Of a stretch of 64,000 nucleotides of DNA, positions 54,136 through 64,000 are shown in pieces (positions within the stretch are counted from its first letter, which is position 1; the number at the start of each line of letters is the position of its first letter). The notes beneath the pieces were generated by a model. That model made no database searches. It was not told where the DNA came from and saw only the letters and a program-made list of their open reading frames with translations. Origin of the DNA: Octopus vulgaris (lineage: Eukaryota); contig OX597826.1 in NCBI GenBank assembly GCA_951406725.2, forward strand, positions 15,996,001 through 16,060,000, given 5' to 3'. The position numbers and the translations under genes are program-made.

Positions 54136-55094
54136 TACATTTGTGCGCGTGTATGTGTGTTTATGTGTGTCTGTGTCTCTACTTGTACGCATGTGTATGA
54201 ACGCATAAAAATGTTGAAATCTTTTCAATAAAACACTTTATGTTCATTCCATTATCTAACATTATTCTGTTAAATAGATTCGAAAATTATAGTTTTGTGT
54301 AAGCATTGCTTTTTAACAGATTCTAGATTTCTATTTCTTTGTTATACTCTACTGATGAAATATGTAAATAGCTAGGTATCAGGAGATAAATACTGGATAT
54401 TTTCTCTGTAAAATAATGCGGCTGTCAAAACGTCATAATATCCAAGTTGTTAATGATGAAGGTAGCCGCTCCAGGTTTCAATTCAGAATATATTAATAAA
54501 GGCTTTGACAATTTGATTATATCAAACATTATGCATACTTAGTGAATCATGAGGTGTTCGACATTAAGAAAAGCTAAAATGGAAGAGCTAATCTTTACGG
54601 AAAGAATTCAGCAACTTCAATAAATTCGAAAACTTTAAACAGAGAAAATTTTCAAAAATGTCTTGTGACGGACACAAATATTCGCTACTCGATTGTCATG
54701 TAGGCATAAATATCTATAAACAATAATATATTTCGCTTAATATCAAACGCCTTTACAAATATATCCCCTAAAATTCTGAACACCGACAGTCGAATATTTG
54801 TAATACATTACGATAAATACAGATTTACACTTATAATTATTTTATATCACAATCAAATACAGTTGTTAGCAACCTCGATGGATGTCTGATGCGAACTTAT
54901 GTGAAAATATGTTTAAAGATACATGATAATTACACCTGATTATTTTAAAGGAAGGCTAAACAATTACCCTTTATTTATCTATTATTTGTAAATTACTCTT
55001 AAAATGTTAAATGTGGATATAGAGTGATATATTCATTTTCATTTTATTACATATAGAATGAATATTTGGAAGTTCTTTAAATTTGTTCATTGTA

Positions 55095-56128
55095 TAACCA
55101 CTGTCACTGATTTCGAAAAACTGTCTGAAGGCAATAATAAATCTCTGAACGAGATGTAAACAGTAACCGATCGACAACGTAAAGTATACTAGCCATCTCA
55201 ATATGGCTAACCACTAAGGGTGGGTGTTACTGTAGCTTTTAGCCCCAGGAGATAATCGTCTCCAGCTGGCTATAGGCACACTTCTGTGCCCTTATGATAT
55301 CTGCAAAGGGAGGTCATCCCCTCTCGTAAACCTAAGTGATACGCACGGACAGCAGTTTCGAGGTTTTTGCCCCTTGTCAACGTACGGTAATCACCGATTT
55401 TCGATGAAGAGAGACCTGTTTGCGAATATCTATTTAATGTTTTTCCCAGTAACCACTGTCACTGATTTCGAAAAACTGTCTGAAAGCAATAATAAATCTC
55501 TGAACGAGATGTAAACACTAACCGATCGACAACGTAAAGTATACTAGCCATCTCAATATGGCTAACCACTAAGGGTGGGTGTTACTGTAGCTTTTAGCCC
55601 CAGGAGATCATCGTCTCCAGCTGGCTTTAGGCACACTTTCTGTGCCCTTATGATATTTGCAAAGGGAGGTCATCCCCTCTCGTAAACCTAAGTGATACGC
55701 ACCGTTAGCAGGATGGGACAACGAAATATTGGTTTGTCTAGATTGAAGTTAACTTTAGCAACAATAACAATATGATGGTGTGAATAATTATGATGACGAT
55801 GACAAGGATAAAGATCTGGTAGGAACATATGTTGGTGCTACTGGTACACATCATACACACACACACACATTGTCCCATTCCGCTTACGCATCCTAATATT
55901 CTCTGAACGGTGCGTATCACTTAGGTTTACGAGAGGGGATGACCTCCCTTTGCAAATATCATAAGAGCACAGAAATTGTACCTAAAGCCAGATGGAGACG
56001 ATGATCTCCTGGGGCTAAAAGCTACAGTAACACCCACCCTTAGTGCTTAGCCATATTGAGATGGCTAGTATACTTTACGTTGTCGATCGGTTACTGTTTA
56101 CATCTCGTTCAGAGATTTATTATTGCTT
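55095..56128. mobile_element. Retrozyme-like ~355 bp tandem repeat (55095-55702) plus an inverted partial copy (55905-56128)
   Basis: TAACCACTGTCACTG begins at 55095 and 55450; third copy inverted. Distant relatives near 21615-21710 and 60105-60255. Confidence 0.8.
55343..55385 (-). ncRNA. Hammerhead ribozyme motif with two core substitutions
   Basis: GTACG-TTGACAA-GGGGCAAAAACCTC-GAAAC-TGCT-GTC/CGTGC. Stems I-III pair; the core differs from CTGACGA by two transitions. Confidence 0.6.
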
Positions 56129-56500
56129 ATTTTTATCTTATTCTATTTTAATTATTTTATTAAAATCATTCAATTTGCAAATACTATACTAAAGTACATT
56201 TCATCAAAATATTCTCTCCAAAATTGAATGTTTAAAAGAAAATAGGAAACCGTACCTTTTCTTTTCGAAATATCACTATAAGAGGAGGAAAAAACAAAAG
56301 GGGGAACGAAGGAAAAGGGAAGAAAGAAAGAAAGGTAAATGACTTTCAGTGAACACACTGCATCTGTTTCTTTCTTTCTTTTTTGAAGAAGTCACCATCC
56401 TTAAACCCATTCCAATATGATGATTGATAATTAAATAAATGAATGGGGAATAGGAATAAGGATCGCCCTTTTCTCTAACGCACTCCCTCTACATCTCCGA

Positions 56501-56501
<1 letters not shown>

Positions 56502-56584
<83 letters not shown>
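56502..56584. repeat. (CTAT)n microsatellite
   Basis: Seen directly. Confidence 0.97.
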
Positions 56585-56585
<1 letters not shown>

Positions 56586-56813
56586 CATTGGCCTATCAAA
56601 CCTACCTATATTTCTATCTATTCCTTTCCGTTTTCACTCAAAAAAAAAACATACGCAATGTTCTCTTGTGAACAAAGCCCCAAAAACACATCTGTTTTAC
56701 ATAAATAAACAAGCTGATTGTACATTGACAAAATGTTATTTGATGAGTTCGAGAAACGAACGAAAGTGCTAAAAATAATGAAATAAATAGGTTTTTTCTC
56801 CAAATTCTGACAT

Positions 56814-56890
<77 letters not shown>

Positions 56891-57022
56891 TATGTATATA
56901 TACATACACATATATATATACGTAAATGTTTCTATTCCTGATCGTTATAATGATACATCTGTTTGTTTTGTACTCCACCTGTCTTCGTCTTTTGTTTTTG
57001 CCGTAAACTCTCCCTATATTAT

Positions 57023-57081
<59 letters not shown>

Positions 57082-57082
<1 letters not shown>

Positions 57083-57307
57083 ACGGCGAGCTGGCAGAAA
57101 CGTTAGCACGCCGGGCGAAATGCATAGCCGTATTTCGTCTGGCGTTACGTTCTGAGTTCAAATTCCACCGAGGTCGACTTTGCCTTTCATCTTTTCGGGG
57201 TCGATAACTTAAGTACTAGTTACGCACTGGGGTTGATGTAATCGACTTAATCCGTTTGTCTGTCCTTGTTTATCCCCTCTGTGTTTAGCCCCTTGTGGGT
57301 AGTAAAG

Positions 57308-57312
<5 letters not shown>
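57082..57312 (+). mobile_element. SINE family A, full-length copy within (TA)n
   Basis: Complete head, core and tail between TA tracts. Confidence 0.9.
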
Positions 57313-57352
<40 letters not shown>

Positions 57353-57410
57353 TATTTATATCTATCTATCTATATATATATATATATGCATATTTATATC
57401 TATCTATCTA

Positions 57411-57458
<48 letters not shown>

Positions 57459-57496
57459 ATATTTCGGAATGGCCATATTGCAACAAATATTTAAAC

Positions 57497-57555
<59 letters not shown>

Positions 57556-57593
57556 CATATTTTTATCTATATACATATATATATATATATATA

Positions 57594-57648
<55 letters not shown>

Positions 57649-59096
57649 TATACATATATAATGGACTCTCCAGTCGGTTTCGACTTATGAGAATCCGACA
57701 GCCTACTCTTTCTTTGCCGATCCTAATGCTTATTTGATTCCCACCAAATATTTTCAAAGAGGCCCACAGATGCTGCAATTATAAGGATTACAGGTCAGTG
57801 CAGGTGTATATTTTCAGCCGCCTTTCTCCTTTCCCTTCCACCCAAATCCTGTTAATGCTGGTTGCAGCAAAGTTTCTGATAACATTTTGACACAACTATC
57901 TCCATTGTGTTCGCCCCAACGTTGTTTGCCCTATGGTGTTGTGAGCTATATTCACTGCTAAGAGGTTATTCACTTCAGCTCGTCCTTAAATCTGAGCCAT
58001 GGTCGACCAACATTCTTGCGCTTACTATCCAGCTGTCTGTACATGAGAACTTTGGGTATTCTTTCTTCACTCATTCTTGCAGTAAAAAATTTTATAGGGT
58101 ATTATGATCAATTTATTTCTGTATTAAATCTGTTTTAGTAATGTTTTGATTAATTTTCTTCGAGAAATTAACTAAGGCTGATCGTCATACAACTTGCTGA
58201 TACAGGGCGAGAAATCCCAATTTCAATAAACTTATTTTTAGAATATGACACTGATTGTATTTCTTCAAATCAAGACAAATTGTAATTAGTAAAATTTACT
58301 GAATATATTTAAAAACTACAAATGATGTGAAAAACATCATCCTGTTTAAAACTAATTAAAAATGAAATTGTTCAGTGTACAAATAATTAATTTAATGCAT
58401 TTTCCATAATTATCACAATGTTTCAGTGAAAAAGAAATATATAGATTTTTTCCTGATATATTACTAGATTTTACAGTCTAATGTTGTAACGAAAATAATT
58501 AAGTTTTACATTTTGCTTTATTGATCGCTAAGACGCATAAATATTCTTATAATTACTCACGTTCTAAATAATGAGTTCTAGAAAATTTCTGTTCTTGGGT
58601 GTAGTCATCAATAAAGATAAGAGTTGTGCTATGTAGTAAAGGAATATTTATATTCCATAAGAATATTTTTATTATCTTATCATAGCGCTATCACCTTGAA
58701 TACAACTAGCGTCACTTTCTCGACCAAGATATATTTATAGCCAAATACCAATGTCATGTCCATATAAGAATAATTCCAGAATGAAAACAAGCAATTAATT
58801 ATAAAAGAAAATTATACTATCATATTCAATTTCATAAATTTGGTGAGAAAGATAGGTTTAAACAGTCTCGGTTAATTGACTAAATACACAATTAAATACA
58901 ATAGAAATAAAATATTTCCATGGAAATGAAAATGTAAAGTTTGAGAAACCGGAGAGAAATAGATCTGTCTGGGAGAATTCAATCACAGAAACTTCAAAAG
59001 GAAGATTTGTAATGTCAGCGTTCTAGAAAAAAACGGTCATAACTTGACATGTGAAAATCCTTTTCAAAGAGCATCGTTTTTCATCATTTATATAAA

Positions 59097-59518
59097 AACT
59101 TGTGAAGGATTAAGTACATGAATGAAAAGGGATTTGATAATATAAAAATAAAAGCGAAATATAAAAGCAGACAAAATCTAAGAATATTTGGGTGTGTTAG
59201 CGGGATGGGACAATGAAATATTGGTTTGATTAGATTGAATGTGACTTTAGCAGCAATAACAATATGATGGTGTGAATAATTATGATGACGACGACAAAGA
59301 TAAAGATCTGGTAAGAACATATGTTGGTGCGACTGGCACACATCACACGCACACACACACACACATTGTTGTTGTTGCTAAAATCAACTCCAATATTTCA
59401 TTGTCCCATCCCGCTAATGCATCCTAATATTCTTAGATTTTGTCTGCTTTCATATTTCGTTTTTATTTTTATATTATCAGATCCCTTCTTATCCATGTAC
59501 GTTATCCTTCACAAGTTT
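59097..59518. repeat. Inverted repeat (59097-59224 / 59389-59518)
   Basis: AAACTTGTGAAGGAT..GGGACAATGAAATATTGG versus CCAATATTTCATTGTCCC..ATCCTTCACAAGTTT. Confidence 0.85.
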
Positions 59519-59654
59519 TGATATTATAAGTTTTGATAGAATAGTTGAGATTCAGAAGATTTAGGTTGAAGCACCAAAAATTAGTGCGGAATTATCCGTA
59601 CAGTTTCAAATGAGGTGAATAAAATCAAAATAAGCAACAGGATATCCAGAGGTG

Positions 59655-59742
59655 ATGCAGTACGATCGTTTCAAGCGACTCCATTTAATTGAACAATGCA
59701 ATCATTACATCAATTTAAATGCAGAGCTATCCTCAGCTGCAT
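59655..59742 (-). ncRNA. Type I hammerhead ribozyme; partial inverted copy at 59896-59970 ends in (TA)n
   Basis: ATGCAG-CTGAGGA-TAGCTCTGCATTTAAATTGA..TCAATTAAATGGAGTCGCTT-GAAAC-GATC-GTA/CTGCAT; perfect 6-bp stem I and palindromic ACGATCGT. Confidence 0.85.
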
Positions 59743-59966
59743 AAATAAATAAATAAATGTAATTTATCTAATCAGTCGGACACGTTTGTATACTTTTAGC
59801 TAAATCGTCTAAAAGGGTAAGAAGACAGACAAAGTCCATGATGTATTCACATCAGCTTAAAAGCTACTTCAGGGAAAAAAGCGTGTTAGAGATATATGAT
59901 TTCATTGTTCAATTAAATGGAGTCGCTTGAAATGTTTTTACGGCATCACCTATGGATATCCTGTTG

Positions 59967-60023
<57 letters not shown>

Positions 60024-60258
60024 CATTTCTAAATATCTCAGAGAGATTTATGCAGTAGTGGTACGATAAAGTAGTTCTATATTGTCAAATTAATGTAACA
60101 ATCCCATGAAGGGAATCATACTATTGCTATTTAGCCCTAAGAAGCAGCAGCGATTCCTGCCGGCCTTGACACATTTCCTGTGTCCTTATGTTTGCAATGG
60201 GGGGATAAGCACCACCACCCAGCTAAGCCTGCAGCCAGAGACTAGTTTCTGACTCATA

Positions 60259-60490
60259 TTGGTTTCAAACTTTGGCTTAAGGCCATCAGATTTGGGGAAG
60301 AGATAAAGTTGATTACATGAATTCCATGTTCAGCCGGTACTTATCTCATTTTGTTACGTATTTTATAGACCCCGTAAAGTTGAAATGCAAAGTCGACCTC
60401 GGCAGAATTTCAACTCAGAAAGTAAAGACGAACGAAAGGCCGCTAACGATTTTGTCCGGCGTGATAACGATTCATCTTACTCGCCGCCTT
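60259..60490 (-). mobile_element. SINE family A, diverged copy
   Basis: CAAAGTCGACCTCGGCAGAATTTCAACTCAGAA..TCGCCGCCTT. Confidence 0.8.
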
Positions 60491-63400
60491 CCGTCTGTTT
60501 ATATCCAGGAGATGAATAATTCATCTAAATGTGCAGGTTCGCTTTATTAGGTGTAAACCACATCTGTCCTAGAAATAGGAAATAATATATATTTTTGAAC
60601 GCATGTTTATCCCCCAAGGAATATATAAGTTTCAGTTGTGCGGTGTGAAATAGAATGTCAGTAGTGTAATGGCGACATATCTACGTAGATGCACATAGTC
60701 AGCCAACGAAAAGTAAACAAGCAGGGTCATAAAAAAGAATATCATTTTACTCTGCTAGTATTATGCTTGTGCCGAATTTACATATCGTGTTTACATTTAT
60801 CTGTTACACATACATGATTAGCAAATATAAGCTACCAATTCTACACAAATATACAATTGTAGAAGCAATATTAGCAATGTTTATATACGTACCTACACAG
60901 ATAAAGCGACACACCTGCATTCAAAAAATCTGGTAACATACAAAATATGTGGATATATATGCACATACAACTATATAAGTACAGACATTTAACTCGGTGC
61001 ATGTTTGTGTGTGTGTGTGTGTGTTTGTTTGTGTGTGTGTATGTGTGTGTGTGTTTACGTGTACATATGTGAATGGCAGATGTATAAGTATTTACGTAGA
61101 CACACACACTTACACCCAAGCTCTGTGACTGATATAATTAAATGCAACCGTTATTTTAGATGTTCAGTATAACATTATATTTTTAAATGTATAAATACCA
61201 AATTGAAGCTTATTTGTATGTTTAGGCAAAAACGTATCCCGAAACTTAGGTAAAAACTGTACAGTACCACAACACACTTTAAAAATAGTAGAAGTACACC
61301 AACAGGGAAGCAGAATTTGTTATTGTAGAATAAGATACTTTGTACATTAAGTAAGAAGTTCAATCATATTACGTTTCACTTCACATTGTTCAGATCGATG
61401 AAAGAAAATATGTAAGTGATCACCCGTCACTTTTATTTCCATCACCAACATTTTCTTTGAGGAGCAATTTGTTTACCATCAATGAGATGCACTTCCTGCT
61501 CGTTTTGCCACTGTCAGATATATTTTCCAGTCTTATACTTATTCTGAAATTTTCTATTCAAATATTACTATATTCATTACATTAATATCTCTTGTGTAGA
61601 TACTGTATAAGTGTCCTCTAAAATCATCAGTTATATGTTCACATTATTACAAGTCATTCTATCATTGCACAGTCTTTTCATACGGTTTTAATTCAAGATA
61701 AGTGTTATAGCCAGGATACTATTATTGAAGAGGGAATATGTATCATCAATCAACACAGACTCTATAATTCTGGACCACTTCTAGCTTGTAATTCAGCAAT
61801 ATTATCCTTTTATAATTCCGTTACGTTGCAACAAATCAATCAAGTTAAACATGGATTTGCTTCGGGTTTTCAATAAATAGCAATATCAGTTAATACTAGA
61901 TGATATCCATGATATACTTACGTCTTTAGATTTTATTGTAACCTTTTCATTTCTTTTCAAATATCAAAATATCAAAGCAACTAATGTCATGTAACATATT
62001 TTGCCAATTAATTTTACTTCCTTAATATATTTTACGATGACATTTGGTTCTTATAAACATATTTTTGGTAATATATATTCGCATTATTCAGTCTAATTGT
62101 GTATTCTCAGTTATTCCTGTTCATCTCTATATTTCTTTATTTAATACAATATACATCCTTAATCTCTTGATTTAATATAATTTCTAACCAATCTGCTTTA
62201 AACAAAAATAAATCTGAAGAGAACGAAAAGAGGTATGAAGTTATATAATGCAACTTGAGACGGATGTTTTTCTTTCTTTATTGAATTGAAAGCAGATTTG
62301 AACGGCAATGTTGGGAAATTTGTATTCCATTAACTATATTAATTTTTATATATTTTATTATATGCTCTATTCGCTGTTTAACATACGCACGAAGAAAAAC
62401 GAAAATGTACACTCGATTCACAATCAAATCAATGTTGATATTCTGTTGCAGATGCAGAGATACAAGAACACAGACAGACATAATCAAATCTAATCATGTT
62501 TTGTTTGGAATACTAGCAAATATTTCTCAAAATATTATTGAAAATATTGATATGAACGTGATATATCAGAGAAAAAATGTGGAACATGCAATAAGATCTG
62601 CCTTTTTATCAGAAAGAAACATATTTTAGCTGTTCGATAAATGTTTTATTTCACGTTGTCTCTAAATGAATATATCTTTAACGAGGTTCCAGTTCTCATT
62701 TATTCTGTTAATGACTAACATGCACCTTAAAATGGTGCACACACGCCCACACAGGCACTCACACACAGGCACTCACACACACATACACACACACAAACAC
62801 AAACACACACACACAAACACAAACACACACATACACACATATGGTGGTTGTCTTCTCCTTCTGCAGAGTTTCACCACCCCCTGTACCATCATGGTATATG
62901 CAGTGGCTTTTAAAACCAGACAATGTTTTGAAAGAACACCCATATAGATTACAAACCGATTTGGACCAGCAAGAGCTGCAGTTAAGTTCTTATATTTGTG
63001 GATCTTAAATGTCAGCTGGTATGGTTGCATTCTTCTGATTTTATGAAGATTTGTTTTTCTATATATGCTTGACGTCGCTCTGATCATATAATAGCTATTG
63101 ATTTTTCTCAATATTACATTCGATTTCTAAATTAACCATACTTTCTAACACTCGGTCAAGGAATTTGAACTTCGCACATCCCCAACGTGCCCCAGATACA
63201 CAATACCAATAACACACTCAATGTGGGACGTTTCACGGAACGCCTTCACATGCCAAAAGAGAAAAAAACTCCTGCCTAACCGCTCTTACTACGTAAATAG
63301 ATGGTAGTCGGAAGATGGGGCATTTACTACTAGTCAGTTCTAGCGACACCGGTTCACGAATTGCTTTCAGGACAATGTTATGTATTGCAGGACTTATACT

Positions 63401-63761
63401 ATTTAGAAAAAGCACACTAAAATCCGCCGCTTAATATCCCCCTGCAAGCAGATCTCTGATTTGTTTTAGAGAATTTGTTGCAATTGGTTTCTACAGAGTC
63501 ATATCCCAATGATGACCATATTCGTTCTAAAAGAAAAAAAAATCATGTAAAAAAATCGCCAAACACAATCGTAGTAAAACATAGGAATCCAACATTTCAA
63601 GATTGCAGGTCCGGATTCAGTCTGGGACGTTTTTAATTAACTCATGGAGTCAACCTGGAACCAGAATGCTATGATATATTGGTCTACGGCCTCTAAGAGT
63701 AAAAGATGAAAAAGTGGGACATACTGACACACCGAAATTCACATTTGATATATTATATATA

Positions 63762-64000
63762 GGCGTAGAAGTGGCTGTGTGGTAAGTAGTTACCGACCAC
63801 ATGGTTCCGGTTTCAGTCCCACTGCATGGCACCTTGGGCAAATGTCTTCTACTATAGCCTCGGGCCGATCAAAGCCTTGTAAGTGGATTTTGGTAGACAT
63901 AAACTGAAAGAAGCTCGTCGTATATATGTATATGTATTTGTGTGTGCATGTGTTTGTGTGTGTGTGTTTGTCCCCCCAACATCTCTTGACAACCGATGCT
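63762..64000 (+). mobile_element. tRNA-derived SINE, family B (runs off the window)
   Basis: GGCGTAGAAGTGGCTGTGTGGTAAG..CCTTGGGCAAATGTCTTCTACTATAGCC. Confidence 0.9.

Noticed and set aside
62848-63025. Possible host exon (polypyrimidine-CAG acceptor, GTATGG donor)
   Set aside because: No recognisable protein or partner exons; needs RNA-seq.

Overview
AT-rich, microsatellite-dense metazoan genomic DNA. The SINE families and repeat landscape suggest a coleoid cephalopod, probably Octopus; this is inferred from memory, not from a database search. No host exon was identified with confidence, so the window looks intronic or intergenic, and most predicted ORFs are translated microsatellites. It holds decayed mobile elements: Helitrons (a Rep pseudogene, fragments and two small non-autonomous copies), mariner/Tc1 relics, a piggyBac end, R4/Dong-like LINE pieces next to (TAA)n tracts, three tRNA-derived SINE families, and a 5'-truncated fold-back Penelope-like element with an open GIY-YIG frame of Naiad-like type. 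The main unannotated signal is about ten type I hammerhead ribozyme motifs from about seven unrelated non-coding repeat families. They have a minimal, often palindromic stem III and mostly a long (27-60 nt) stem II. Most end in (TA)n tracts, as tandem (retrozyme-like) or tail-out inverted arrangements, and one copy starts at its own predicted cleavage site. This suggests a community of non-autonomous ribozyme retroelements mobilised by TA-targeting Penelope-like elements. Local inverted and templated duplications are also frequent.
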